Below are positions 45,379-59,849 of a stretch of DNA of 64,000 nucleotides, in pieces. Both the position numbers and the translations under genes were made by a program. Source of the stretch: Eledone cirrhosa (lineage: Eukaryota). The notes under the pieces were generated by a model. It ran no database searches. It saw only the letters and a list, made by a program, of their open reading frames with translations, and was not told where the DNA came from. Location: NCBI GenBank assembly GCA_964016885.1, contig OZ024742.1, positions 35,774,001 to 35,838,000 of the forward strand, written 5' to 3'. How positions within the stretch are numbered: position 1 is the first letter of the stretch; each line of letters begins with the position of its first letter.

Positions 45379-46430
45379 CTATCCGTTGGGGTATATCGTG
45401 GGGCTGTAATACAGGAAAGTTTTGTGCAATTTATGTTTACAAGCCGAAATTGCCTCGGATTTTTTGTTTAAGATGTGGTCTGTGGTGTACAGTGTTTCCA
45501 GGGCCTCAGCGGCGCAGAGGTCACATGGTCTTTTATTTCCGTAATACGATCTAGCCCTAGCTAGGATCTCCCAGTGTAACTTATATTGGGTGTGGTTGTC
45601 TTTTAGACTCCAGATATAAGCTGAAAGTGACGTCATATTCCTTCTTAGAGGGTAACGAAAAGAATGGGTATGCATGTAAAGACGCTGCTTGAAACTATTG
45701 GCGGTTAACCCTATGTAGGCCCTACGGGACGTGGGTGTTACAACCTTACATTTGTAGACAATGTTACTAGAGAGGCATTTACCGGATAGGGGCAATCAGC
45801 CCGATTCCTGCAATTACAGTTAGTACTAACTACAGGGTTGCACGTGTTCCTACGGCTAGGTAGTTTAGCTAAATTTGAAGCTGTGATGTTATGTGCAAGG
45901 TTAGGAGTCGTAGAGTAAGAAATTTTAATAGTATTTCTATTAAAAATTTTACTATATTTATGTGTAGGGGGGAAATGCTTCGTAATAAGGGAAAGAAAGA
46001 TCTTAGCTAATGGTGTGGCCACCTCCATATTATATGGTGGGTTAAACCAACAAATGCGACGGGATCTATTTCTTCTAGGTCTATTTTCGTACTCTGTATA
46101 AGCTACTATATCGACAAATCCACTTCGAGCAAGAGCTTCATTGTAATAAGTGGAATGGTCGTTGAAAATGCGCTCGTTGGTGGAAAGACGGGAAAGCCTC
46201 AACGAAACGTTTTTTACCAGGTTCTTGGTTATGCTGGCAGGATGGTTGGAATGCTTACTTATGTAATTAAACGTATCATTCGGCTTTCTATACGGGTAAT
46301 ACAACCCATTCAATAAATTGAGGGTAACGTCGAGGTAATTAACGACCGAGAGATTGGCCTCAACCTGTATAGAGAGGTTGAAGCCTTTAAAGAAGGCTGT
46401 GAGTTCTTTTCTGAACCTGTCGCAAGCACG
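45379..46430 (-). pseudogene. PLE RT-thumb plus GIY-YIG endonuclease (Nematis-like by motif), frameshift near 45790
   Basis: NYLDVTL, YRKP, SNHP, WFNPPY, CNCR..CPLSGKC, IVY...YIGLT..FKQR..H, CDLC..E. Confidence 0.88.
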
Positions 46431-46690
46431 AGGTCCGCACTTAGTCATGGTACAAACCACCGCCCGCGTTGGAGAATTCGTCCTTGATAGAGAAAAGAAG
46501 GAAAAGGCCAATAAGATCAGTAACCTCCGCAGAGTCACTGGCGCCCATACTCACGTCGAATGGGGTGCTATTGGATTTTTTAATCCAAATAGAGTCGTCG
46601 AAATTAATCACCGATATATATTTTCCTTATCGAGCCCTCTTTGGATTTTAGTCTTCAATTTTATTATTATTACTATATATTTATATATAT

Positions 46691-48486
46691 ATAAAAACAA
46701 ATAACGAAACGAAATTAAATTTCGTTTCGTTTGTAACTCACTTTTGTATGACTGACGCTTAAACAATTAAGTCAAAAATGTACATCCACATATGTATACT
46801 GAAATACTAGTATGCATATGAATACACATACGTATACATATGTAGATGTACCGAGTTTTTCACTGGTCACTTTACTGTGAGTGTCCAGCTATTCTGTATG
46901 TAAACACACAGACAAACCGGTTTTTAGAGTCATACTGGTTTTTGAGGAAACACCTTTCCTCTATTCACCAGAAAGCCAGACAAGGAATATTGAACTAGTT
47001 TCGATGTTGTTACATCTCATCAGCAATATTTACCTATCTTCCGGCCTCTCTAGAGAGTCGTAAAAGCACATATCGTTATATGCTTTTTCTATGAAAATTA
47101 GTAGTGGGCAGACCAATTTGCATAGAGCGTGAGTACGTACCGGTTCAACCGAGACGATAAAAACAAATAACGAAACGAAATTAAATTTCGTTTCGTTTGT
47201 AACTCACTTTTGTATGACTGACGCTTAAACAATTAAGTCAAAAATGTACATCCACATATGTATACTGAAATACTAGTATGCATATGAATACACATACGTA
47301 TACATATGTAGATGTACCGAGTTTTTCACTGGTCACTTTACTGTGAGTGTCCAGCTATTCTGTATGTAAACACACAGACAAACCGGTTTTTAGAGTCATA
47401 CTGGTTTTTGAGGAAACACCTTTCCTCTATTCACCAGAAAGCCAGACAAGGAATATTGAACTAGTTTCGATGTTGTTACATCTCATCAGCAATATTTACC
47501 TATCTTCCGGCCTCTCTAGAGAATCGTAAAAGCACATATCGTTATATGCTTTTTCTATGAAAATTAGTAGTGGGCAGACCAATTTGCATAGAGCGTGAGT
47601 ACGTACCGGTTCAACGGAGACGATAAAAACAAATAACGAAACGAAATTAAATTTCGTTTCGTTTGTAACTCACTTTTGTATGACTGACGCTTAAACAATT
47701 AAGTCAAAAATGTACATCCACATATGTATACTGAAATACTAGTATGCATATGAATACACATACGTATACATATGTAGATGTACCGAGTTTTTCACTGGTC
47801 ACTTTACTGTGAGTGTCCAGCTATTCTGTATGTAAACACACAGACAAACCGGTTTTTAGAGTCATACTGGTTTTTGAGGAAACACCTTTCCTCTATTCTC
47901 CAGAAAGCCAGACAAGGAATATTGAACTAGTTTCGATGTTGTTACATCTCATCAGCAATATTTACCTATCTTCCGGCCTCTCTAGAGAATCGTAAAAGCA
48001 CATATCGTTATATGCTTTTTCTATGAAAATTAGTAGTGGGCAGACCAATTTGCATAGAGCGTGATTTAATTTCGTTTCGTTATTTGTTTTTATCGTCTCC
48101 GTTGAACCGGTACGTACTCACGCTCTATGCAAATTGGTCTGCCCACTACTAATTTTCATAGAAAAAGCATATAACGATATGTGCTTTTACGATTCTCTAG
48201 AGAGGCCGGAAGATAGGTAAATATTGCTGATGAGATGTAACAACATCGAAACTAGTTCAATATTCCTTGTCTGGCTTTCTGGAGAATAGAGGAAAGGTGT
48301 TTCCTCAAAAACCAGTATGACTCTAAAAACCGGTTTGTCTGTGTGTTTACATACAGAATAGCTGGACACTCACAGTAAAGTGACCAGTGAAAAACTCGGT
48401 ACATCTACATATGTATACGTATGTGTATTCATATGCATACTAGTATTTCAGTATACATATGTGGATGTACATTTTTGACTTAATTG

Positions 48487-48488
<2 letters not shown>
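46691..48488 (-). mobile_element. Family A array, 466-bp subtype: ~3 units (-) plus an inverted partial unit (48064-48488 +)
   Basis: Period 466; HHRs at 46986-47030, 47452-47496, 47918-47962 (-) and 48220-48264 (+); (TA)n flanks. Confidence 0.9.
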
Positions 48489-48545
<57 letters not shown>

Positions 48546-48694
48546 AATAGTAGAAAGGAAAAATATGTTTTCAGTAGAAAACGTTGAAGAGATTTTTTTT
48601 CAGTGAAATATCAAAACATTAATTTATTTACAATACCGGTATTATATGCATTGTCAATTGCGGATACGCAGAATATTAAGTTGCAAATTTGTAC

Positions 48695-49283
48695 AGATAC
48701 CTTCAGATACCCGGACAGACGTTCATCCACAAAACTCGCGAGCCACGTATGGTCCCTCAAGGACTCAAGTATAGGCTACTCCATTCAATGGAAAGCCATC
48801 ACTAAGTCCAAGCCATACGCAAGGGGTAATCCGACGTGTGGCTTATGTATTGACGAACGAATAACTATCCTAAAGAGATTACGCAATAGTGATTGCCTAA
48901 ACACGAGAAGTTAATTTTTCACACGTCACCAAACATCTATTGCATAACTACAAGGCTCCGGACTGATTCTTTGTAATTTTATTTTTAATTTTTTTAATTT
49001 TATTTTCAACCTAAAAACTTTCCGGACTTTCGCAGTTATCTCCCTTACACCTCCCGCACGCAGTCTAGTATTGCCTGTGTGAAATGACCGAGTTTCTGCG
49101 CATGCGCGTTCGTACGGTTGTCCTTCCTGTTCCTATAACCATACACATCCCGAGCTGAAGATCCGCGAAGGTGAAACAATTGTTCTCGGTATGGTGAACT
49201 AACTGTTGTGTAACCACTTCTACCTAACTCGTCCCCTGGACTGAGTGCTCTACCACTACGGATATTACCTTCCAGTGTTCCAC

Positions 49284-49290
<7 letters not shown>
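48695..49290 (+). mobile_element. PLE 3' fragment: GIY-YIG C-terminus plus pLTR
   Basis: TKLASHVWSLKD...WKAI...CGLCIDE...LNTRS, then an HHR. Confidence 0.8.
49150..49189 (+). ncRNA. Type I hammerhead (family L)
   Basis: CCGAG-CUGAAGA-UCC(GCGAA)GGU-GAAA-CAAUUG-UU-CUCGG. Confidence 0.8.
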
Positions 49291-49324
<34 letters not shown>

Positions 49325-49707
49325 TATTGGTGCTCTGAAATAGAGATGTATACATGAAATGTATGTATAATATATTTGGCAATATACTGCATGTTTAATT
49401 AAAAACATTTAGAAGAGCATTCGCTATGAGTTTTAAAGTGGTGACTATGTCATTTACTTATTCTCGGCAAATAACAACAGAGAGTGATCGACAGACAGTC
49501 TGTTTCTCGCTTGTTAGCGTTCATCAAGACCACACACTCCGCTGCCTTTGCCGATAATTATAGGAGCTGGATTCTTATAGAATTCCAGTAATAATCAGGA
49601 GCTGATTTTACAGCGCGATTGCCGGTCCAGCAAAAATTAGGTATTAGTATTGGTGCCCTGAAATAGTGATGTGTATATATATACATGTGTGTATGCATGT
49701 GTGTGTG

Positions 49708-49825
<118 letters not shown>

Positions 49826-50684
49826 TGAATTGAAATGTAAAATATTCTACGAGTATGTGAAATCACATTTCATGGTTTAAACTTTAGAAATCCAAACTGA
49901 TATATCAATGTTGGAATAAGATGAGTTGTTAACCAAAGTATAGGAAACAACCCAGGACGTGTTTCATTGTTGTTGGAGGTCTTCAGCGAAAATATAAACT
50001 CGCTGTAACTTTCAGTTCTTTTAGCATTGAAATTGGTGTAAAGAGGGTGAACAACATGACCGCTCTATAATGATAGAAACTATTAAACCAATAAAGAATG
50101 TTATTTGTTAGAATAGTGAAATATATTACAGGTGAAATATATTGTAGCTGATAAGTTGTCAGTCTATTTAGCTGTAAGGAAGGGAACCTTTACATAGTCG
50201 TCCAACTACCTAAAAATAACAGCTAAATCTCTCTTATTAGCGATATCTACCATCTTAAAAAATCGAAGGACTCATTGTTATGTTAAACGATGTTTACATT
50301 GGTCTTTCCATTGCTGCAATTCTTAGCAGGAGATGGAATTTACTAAAAAAAATTACACAAATCCGGATGAAATATCACAAACCCCGCCCAACTCTTTAAA
50401 AATTCCGCTACTTCTTCGCCCCTGAACTGGTACATTAATTATTAACTGAGAAAGGAGAAAAAACTCAAAGTTCACCATGGTGGGTTTTGAATTCAGTGCA
50501 CATTGAGCCAAAACAAACAATGAGGTATTTAAATACCTCTGACACCCTTAAGACTCTGCCAAATCGCCAACATTTCTATTTTAGATGGTCATGATTTTTT
50601 TTTTTTTTTTTTTTAGTCATAAGTAGCTCTGTTTTGTCTTGCATGAAGTAGGCTTATACAACAACAATAATAACAATTTAACTG

Positions 50685-51081
50685 CAGACCTGCCAACCTC
50701 TAAAAACCCAAAGGAGGAGTACCATGAAAAAAGTGCCCCCAAAACGGGGTGAAAAGAGGCAAAATGTGGAGGTTTACATAATTGGTTCTACTTTTGGCAC
50801 AAGGCCAGCAATTATGCAGTACATTACTGGTACTTTATTTTATCGACCTCGTAAGGATGAAAGGCAAAGTTAACCTCGGCGGGATTTGAACTCAGATCAT
50901 AAAGGGCCGTAACTCTTTGCTGCAAAGCATGGTGTCCGACCATCTACTGATACTGCCAATCCACCGCACTATAAAGGGACATAATGAAAGCTATACTTAT
51001 TTTCACAAGAGAAGACATCTCTTACCATCCCCAAAGTGGATGGGGGATCTCCCCGTCGGACGGGGAGAGTTGACAGGTCTG
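50685..51081. mobile_element. MITE with 13-bp TIR and 6-bp TSD; nested SINE at 50779-50967 (-)
   Basis: TAACTG|CAGACCTGCCAAC ... GTTGACAGGTCTG|TAACTG. Confidence 0.75.
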
Positions 51082-51696
51082 TAACTGTGGGTATCTGCAC
51101 CGCATCATTGATGTTTTCAAATTATTCAGATTGTTCATCTGTAGCGCTGGAAACCCTCACCATTAGTATGAATTCAATTAGTTAAAAAGTGTTGGCATAA
51201 ATATTTAATTTAACATTGACAGCTACACACATCTTTGGGAGTAGACGTAATCTGTAACCCGGTTTTCCGCCATTATCTGTCCCTTGATTAACTTTAGCAG
51301 GGTCTACCATGTTGCAAGTATTCAGATCAGGTATTCAGTTTGATGATACTTTCTTCCTTTTTCAGCATTAGTAATATCGTTATGAAAAAAGTTCATGGCC
51401 ATTCATTTTTCATCGGACTAAGTGATAAAATATATATCTTCTACCTATCGATTTTTTGCCACTTCAAAATATAAAAATTAAAGATATATTATTCTTTTTA
51501 CTTAATTGAAATACAGAAAAATATCTATTTATCATGTTTTGCCTAAGGGAGAAAAAATAATCAATTTGACTGCTGGGTAAGTCCTAACAGATATTGAACT
51601 CCCCATCTATTTATTGTGTCATCATTGCTTACAACAATCTTCACTGTGAAAGTTGAAAATATATTTAAATAGATCGTTTTTAACTTAAGTAAAAAT

Positions 51697-52243
51697 AATG
51701 GCTTCTTATATAGACACAAGGCCAGCATATTTTAGGGGAAGGGGAAGTCGATTAAATAGACCCCAGTGCGTGACTGGTACTTTATTTTATCAACCTCGTA
51801 AGGATGAAAGGAAAAGTTAACCTCGACGGGATTTGAACTCAGACCATAAAGGGTCTTAACTATTTGCTGCAAAGCATGGCGTCCGACCCTCTACCGATAC
51901 TGCCAATCCACTGCCCTTAAGCAAACATAATTATTTCTACTTTTGGCACAAAGCCAGCAATTATCCCAGTGCATTACTGGTACTTTATTTTATCGACCGC
52001 GTAAGGATGAAAGGTAAAGTTAACCTCGGCGGGATTTGAACTCAGCCCTTAAGTAAAAATAAGTGTTTCTATTTTAGGCACAAGGCCAGCAGTTACCCAG
52101 TACATTACTGGTACTTTATTTTATCGACCTCGTAAGGATGAAAGGCAAAGTCAACCTCGGCGGGATTTGAACTCAGATCGTAAAGGGACGTACTATGCTG
52201 GCAAGCATGGCGTCCGACCCTCTACCGATACTGCCGATCCACC
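51697..52243 (-). mobile_element. Three clustered or nested SINE copies
   Basis: 51697-51915, 51928-52045, 52065-52243. Confidence 0.85.
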
Positions 52244-53034
52244 AAATAATGATTCTCAGACGGGATTAAGGTATTATTCAAATTTTTACTTTAAAATAAT
52301 TAAGATAAAAATACGTTGTCCCTTAGTAGAGATTGAAACTCCCTATTTCTGATCTATGCATTCAGAATGCAGAGGTATACTCTAATTATCCACATGACTC
52401 CTTACAGCTCAACAAGTCTAATGTGCTTTTGAATGCGGAATAATATCTTCGTACTTGATATGTACTTTATTAAGACAGTTGTATCCATAGTGGTGGAGGT
52501 CTTTTGTACTGTGGCATTGCAGAGAGAGAAGGTTGGGGGGGGGGGTGAAGTAACAACTGAGATTGAGAGAGTGTGGGGAGGGAGACAGGAGTCATGTAAC
52601 GGTCGAGAGGCGTGGGGGGGGGAGTAGTCAAGACAGAGGCGGAGGAGAAGTAGCTAAGTAAAGGCCAAGAGAGAGAAGGAAAGTTGGGGAAAAGGAGAGA
52701 AAATTATTCATGTAAAAACTGAGAAAGAGAGATAGAGATAGAGAAGAAGGGCACGAGAGAGTGAGAGAGAGAGGGGGAGAGAAGAAGGACACGAGAGAGT
52801 GAGAGAGACAGAGAGAGAGAGAAGGGCACGAGAGGGTGAGGGAGAGAAGAAGGGCACAAGAGAGTGTGAGAGACAGAGAGAGAGAGAGAAGAAGGGCACA
52901 AGAGGGTGAGGGAGAGAAGAAGGACACGAGAGAGTGAGAGAGAGAGTGAAGAAGGAGAAGGGGTGTGTAACCCTGTTAGCAGAAGGTAATTTAAGACTCC
53001 CAAACTGAACAGCAAAGTAGTAGTGTAAAGATGA

Positions 53035-53340
53035 TAGTGGTGGTGGTGGTAGTGGGAGTGGTGGTGGTAGTAGTGGTGGTGGTAGTGGTGGTGGTGGTGG
53101 TGGTGGTGGTGGGAGTGGTGGTGGTAGTAGTGGTGGTGGTAGTGGTGGTGGTAGTGGTGGTGGAGGTTGTGGTGGTGGTGGTGGTGGTGGTGGGAGTGGT
53201 GGTGGTGGTGGTGGTGGTGGTGGTAGTGGTAGTGGTGGTAGTGGTAGTGGTGGTGGTAGTGGTGGTGGAGGTTGTGGTGGTGGTGGTGGTGGTAGTGTAG
53301 GTGGTAGTGGTGGTAGTAGTTGTTGTTGTTGGTGGGGGGG
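53035..53340. repeat. (GGT/AGT)n trinucleotide repeat (another at 55270-55405)
   Basis: Direct reading. Confidence 0.9.
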
Positions 53341-53970
53341 TACTAGTGTTCTGATTGTTGTTAGTTGTATTTTTGGTTGTTGTTGTTGATGTTGTTGTTG
53401 TTGGTGGTGGTTGTCGTCGTTGTAAGGTGTATGGGTGGTTTGTTTCGGGTAGCAATAATGGCGGTTGTCGCCGTCGTAGAGTGGTTTGGTTGGGGTAATG
53501 AAGGTGTAGTGTTGTTTGGTGGTGTGGTGGTGGTGGTGTTAGTGATGGTGGTGATGGTGGTGATGTTGTTGATGTTGGTGATGATTGTAGTTATGGTAGT
53601 GAAGTTAGAGATGGGGGGAACGTATTTGATATTATGGCGGGGAGGGGTTGCTAGACATTACGGCAGTGTCTGTTTAGTAATGGTGATGGTGTTGTTGTTG
53701 GTGATGATGATGATGGCAGACAAAGTGCTGGTGATGTTATTTGTGTTGTTTAGTTCAAGGCCATCCCTGAACGGGCACTTATGATCAAAGTATTCTGGTT
53801 ATGACACCCCTCGTCATTTTTCAAACAATACATTAAGAATTTAATCCAAATTATAACCTTTTTTTAAAGATAATAGAGCACACTTCGTGAGTAATTCGGC
53901 TGCTTTATCTAGCTAGTCAAAAAATCACGTAGTGGCTCACTCTTAGGCTCGTGATAGTGGTTATAGTGAT

Positions 53971-54546
53971 AGTGGTAGTGATGGTAGTAGGGTTTAGTGG
54001 GAAGGTATGGTGGTGACGATGTTAGTTGTGGGTAGTTATGGTGGTGGTAGTGATGGTAGTAGGGTTTAGTGGGAAGGTATGGTGGTGACGATGTTGGTTG
54101 TGGGTAGTTATGGTGGTGGTAGTGATGGTAGTAGGGTTTAGTGGGGAAGGTATGGTGGTGACGATGTTAGTTGTGGGTAGTTATGGTGGTGGTAGTGATG
54201 GTAGTAGGGTTTAGTGGGAAGGTATGGTGGTGACGATGTTGGTTGTGGGTAGTTATGGTGGTGGTAGTGATGGTAGTAGGGTTTAGTGGGAAGGTATGGT
54301 GGTGACGATGTTGGTTGTGGGTAGTTATGGTGGTGGTAGTGATGGTAGTAGGGTTTAGTGGGGAAGGTATGGTGGTGACGATGTTGGTTGTGGGTAGTTA
54401 TGGTGGTGGTAGTGATGGTAGTAGGGTTTAGTGGGAAGGTATGGTGGTGACGATGTTGGTTGTGGGTAGTTATGGTGGTGGTAGTGATGGTAGTAGGGTT
54501 TAGTGGGGAAGGTATGGTGGTGACGATGTTGGTTGTGGGTAGTTAT
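53971..54546. repeat. Minisatellite, 8 units of 72-73 bp
   Basis: AGGGTTTAG at 53989, 54061, 54133, 54206, 54278, 54350, 54423, 54495. Confidence 0.92.
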
Positions 54547-55563
54547 AGTGATGGTTATAGTGCATCCTGTGTGGCTGTAAAGGGTGTTGGGTGATGGTGA
54601 CAGTAGTGATAGTGACGGTAGTAATGTCTTGTGGTTGTGATCATGAGTGCTGGTGGTAGTTGTGGTATTGGTGACCACGCGGATGAATATGTGATGATGA
54701 TAGTAACGATAGGATGTTTATTTAATGCTATTTCTAGCATGTCGTAAGTCCCTGAGAGGGTTCCTCATTATTTTGCAAGTGTAAAAGTTGTAGTTGCCAT
54801 TTAGCCCCAAACCAGCACCGATTGAGAAACGGTGTGATCAAAAACGATCTTGATATGACTATCTTATCTGAGCCTCTCATCCACCCAACCTAGGACTACA
54901 TTATATTGCCTGACGCCCCTTTTCCGAAGAAGTAGGGAGGCGATTCGAGGAAGATTTAACGGCTTTTTCTAGCAGGTCTAACGGCCCCCATATACGCTGG
55001 CTCGTATATGTACTTTCTTAATGTGGGGGTGGAAGGGATGAAAGGGAGATAGGGAAAGAGAAAGAGTGAGGACAGTATATATATACAGACAAAGAGAGAG
55101 AGAGGTGGGTAGTGAAAGGGAGGAAGAGATGACCATGTTTGTATATCAGGTCTAAATAGGGATTTGAAGGGGCTTTGTTCGCTTTATCAGTTGGAGCGAC
55201 CCTAGCGAGACTCTTTCAATAATTGACTAATCGTATGTGTTGAGCTTCTTAAATTGTTGTTGCTGTTATTGGTGGTGGTGGTGGTGGTGGTGGTGGTGGT
55301 GGTGGTGGTAGTGTTGATAGTGTGGTGGTGGTAGTGGTGGTGGTAGTGTTGATGGTGTAGTAGTGGTAGTGGTGTTGATGGTGTGGTGGTGGTAGTGGTG
55401 GTGGGAGTGAGATAGAGGAAGAGAAAGAATGTAAAGAGCTACATGATAGTGTATGACGCCTAAACACCCCACCCCCACCCTCTCACCCCTTCAAGCTACG
55501 AACACCTCAACATATGAAGAATGGTATTAAGAGAGAGAGAGAGAGGGAAGGAGAAAGAGGAAT

Positions 55564-55594
<31 letters not shown>

Positions 55595-56204
55595 AACTCT
55601 TTCTTTCTTTCGATAGAGAGATTGAGTGAAGAGCTGATATGACTGTATGGTGCCTAAATTTCCCTCTTCCCCGTCAAGCTACCAAACACCTAACGTTATG
55701 AAGAATAATTTCAGGTTCCCAAGAGAAATATTAACTAAAGTTTTAAAGAAAAAATACAAAAACAAAACATTTATTTATGTAAAAGAATAATAAATAAGAA
55801 AAGATAAAATAAAATAAATAAAAACAGGAGAAAAGTTTACACAAAATATGAAAAGCGATAAAGAAAATAAAAAAAGCCATGATTTGACTTAAACGTCGAG
55901 AGGGGACAAATTTTGTGGGGAGGGACCAGTCAATTATATCGTGCTTAGCAGGGTCACATTATTCATAAAGTTGGCTAGAGTGAATCTAGGGGCGCCGCAG
56001 ACACGAAAGACATCACAGAGACTAGTGTTCCAATTTGTTAACCAATAGAACAACCTGATCGTGAAATTAACGTTTAATTGGTTGAGCATCATTCCACAGA
56101 CACATGTACCCTTAACGTAATTTGCAGGGAGATTCAACATGACACACTCTATGGTAAGTCAGACCCTTTCGGTTTTAAATACAGTTCATCAAGTATTATA
56201 GTGT

Positions 56205-56382
56205 AGTATCAGTAGAGGGTCGGACGCCATGCTTTGCATCATAGAGTTACGGCATTTTACGGTCTGAGTTCAAATACCGTCGAGGTTAACTTTGCCTTTC
56301 ATCCTTACGGGGTCGATAAAATAAAGTACCAGTAATGCACTGGGTAATTGCTGGCCTTGTGCCAAAGGTAGAAACAATTATA
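56205..56382 (+). mobile_element. SINE copy (others: 59630-59815 -, 60693-60900 -)
   Basis: Match to main SINE family. Confidence 0.85.
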
Positions 56383-58484
56383 ATGTAAGTGTCTAAGCAT
56401 TCCACAGGCGCGAGTACTTTTAATGTAATTCTCAGGCAGATTCAACGTGACGCAAGTCAACCCAATATCACTCACAAGGCTTGTCGATCGAAGTTTGTGG
56501 TGAAAGATTCTTCTATAAGACGCCACATAGTGAGATCGAACGTGATACCACGTGATCTCGAAGAGAACGTCCTAACCATTCAGCCTTGTCTGTGTCCAGT
56601 GCGTCAATGTTATTTAACTGTTATATCATAATTATATATAAAGTCACTCTCAATTCTATCTGATTGAGACGAACACAGATACTAAAATAGTTCCAAAATC
56701 AATTTGTTGTATTACGTCTCAAATATGATGCAGTGTTGCTGTGAATGAAGCATGGCCGAATAGATAAGAGTTAACTTCAAGGGTCATGGTCTTGGATTCG
56801 ATCCTACCGTATAGCATGGTAGACAAGGGTCATTTATACCGTGGCCGCGGGTCGACCCATGTCTTGTGAGTGAAATTGAGTAGACGGAGAGCGTTTGGAA
56901 GTTTGTCGGATAGGCTATACCTGAAATTCAAATGACCAGCCTTGTTACACAGTATCACGCTAAATCTCCCTGAAAATGGTTAAGGGTATTCACGTCGGTA
57001 CAATGCTCAGCCACTTACATTTAATCTCACGAACAATTTGTTCCGTTGATCGAATGACAAGAAAACATTGTCAAAACTGACATTCCATGTGCAATACGTA
57101 GTCGCTTGAATTCTAGAAATAACAGCCACACCATTTTCAAACCACACAACAGCCCTTGGAAAATATATAAATTATTGAAGATAAGTCGATCGACAAATAT
57201 ATACATATACTTAATCTAAACAGCAACAGGGCTATTAAGAGGTCATTCGGCCTGCTAGGGTTAAACAATTAGAGCAGCAGCAACAGTAGCAGCACTACCA
57301 ATAGTAACAACAGCAACTACAACAAACGATAACGTCCACCAAAGCTGTGATTAAACAAATTTTCTAAGACAAACAGGTTTGTCAGGCAAGTCACCAAATA
57401 TTCTGACAAGCAGAATATACTCCTGACAGTTAAACGCCGAAAGCTGACAGTGTGAACGTGTGTCTCATTTTCCAGCACAAACTGGAAGGGGGTAAAAAAA
57501 AGTAGCAGATAAAAAAATATCCTGGTCAGACAACATCAAGAACTGAACAGGTCACAACACTGCGCCACTTGTGTATTTGACAGAAACCAATGGGGATTGC
57601 TGACTATCAGTATGCCTAGAGCAATCATCGGCAACCTGCAGCCCGCAAAGCTTTCTGAATGGCTCGTCTAAGTCACCTAGGTGAAATCTTTCTGATTTTT
57701 GTACCCCAACTTTTCAGATGTAATTTATCTTTCTATCATTTTTTCGATCGAGGAAAATAACGTGTACGAATTCTGAAGAAACAAATCAAAACAACCTGAG
57801 TTACCACCATTTTTTTTTTTTATGTGGGCACGAATGTAAATTAGCGCTTGCGGCCCGCCTGATGATGAGCCATATCTCATGCGGCCTGCTTCTCGAAAAA
57901 GGTTGCCCATGTCTGCTCTAGAGTGACACCCAAATAATTACCTGCACCAGATACTGGAAGACGGTGATAAATACCTTATTGGGGAAAGAGGAAATATGTT
58001 GTTATATGAAAGTATTAACAGATCTCAACATTGGTCCCCTTCTGTGTATAAGGGAGAATAGAGATCAGTTGTGATTGTTGAGTACCAGAACGACGGACTG
58101 CACCGAGTTGATGATAAAGAATATTCTAAAGCGTGGGGAAAGACTTTTCTGCAGAAATTTCATTAGAGCAGACGATAGTTTTTCATAAGCTGAAATATCA
58201 CAAAGAGGGGGTAGGGGGAGAGGGAGACGGAGAGGGAGTGTGAGTTATTTCATCTTCCATTTCTTGCAATTCATAAAACTAATTAGTTCTTGACTAAACT
58301 GAAAATGTCTCAGATAACAAGAATGGTTAAAGCAACAACAACAACAACAACAACAACAAAACTAATAGTAAGAAAAGAAGGAAAATAAGGGTGTTTGGTC
58401 AGGGATGCTATCAGGTTGGAAAATATTGCATCAGAAAAGAAATACGTACTTATATTAAACCTATGTTAGCATACGTTAGGAGGA

Positions 58485-58569
<85 letters not shown>

Positions 58570-59849
58570 AAATCAATGCTTATACTAAATTGTGCTTTTG
58601 TGGTATATTATACTATATAGGAGAAACGCCTTCAATAAGCTGAATGACGCTGTGGTACCGTTGTGTTTTTATAACCCCAAGGTCTGCAGATTGATTCTGC
58701 GCTCTGTCAATACTGCTTCTTTTTCTACATTTTTTTTAGAATTGACTGATGAATGCAATAACATTATTTATTAATATATCTAAAATAGATATATAGCAGA
58801 TGGCACGGTGGGATTGATCAGTACTCATTATCCTGAGTCCTGTAGATCGAAGCTGCTTACCACAAATGGTTTCCTTTATTTCGTTTTTGCTATAGTTAAA
58901 TTAATTAATATTTATTCTGGTTGTCTGTGCTCTGAGTGTACTTGTAAATTCCGCTCAGTTGAACTTTGCCTTCCTCCCTTCCTTCCTTCCTTCCTTCCTT
59001 CCGAGGTAGGTAAGATACCAGTCACGCATTAGGTCTATTTAATCGATTTTCCCCTCCCACCAAAGTTGAGGTCGTGTTCCTAAATTACAAATAATTAACA
59101 GTTTTTCATTACTATTCTGAAATGTCAAGATAGTATTCCAATATTGTCAGCAATCTTTCGATGTCATCTTGTATGGCAGACAATTATATATGAATACGGT
59201 GTGTATTTTGCATACAACCTTGCCACAACGGTATGTGTATGTGTGATATGAACTTTCGACCTCTTCAAGGAAGAATCTCTCTCCTGGATTCTTTCACGTA
59301 GGTTATGTCCGTGAAATATATACATATACACAAGGTCCGAACACAAAGGAACCAAACTCCCACTGTCACTGTCACTGCCTTCAGCTCACCCGTTCTCTCT
59401 CCCATCTCTCACTATTAGGAGCAAACGGAGGCCACGGGCTGGCTGCCCCACGGCCCCGCAGCCCCGGCAGACAGAATAGAAAGACGTTTCCCCGGAAGAG
59501 ACGCGCTGGAAGAGCAATTCATTTTCTATTGCTTTATGTCCACCCCTCTCATCAGTTTTTACATCTATCCTATAATCCTGAAAATTTCAGATTCCATTAA
59601 GAAATATTCAGTGGTGAAACATAATGATTATAATTGTTTCTACTTTTGGCACAAGGCCAGCAATTATCCGAGTGTATTACTGGTACTTTATTTTATCGAC
59701 CCCCCGTAAAGATGAAAGGCAAATTAACCTCGGCGGGATTTGAACTCAAATCATAAAGGGCCTTAACTCTTTGCTGCAAAGCATGGCGTCCGACCCTCTT
59801 CCGATACTGCCAATCGACGAATATAATGTGAATGAAAGGGAATCCAAAC

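Noticed and set aside
52991-53455. Mucin-like poly-Thr ORF
   Set aside because: Translation of an (ACC)n repeat; no gene structure
53971-54546. Regular repeats resembling a CRISPR array
   Set aside because: No unique spacers, no cas genes, eukaryotic context
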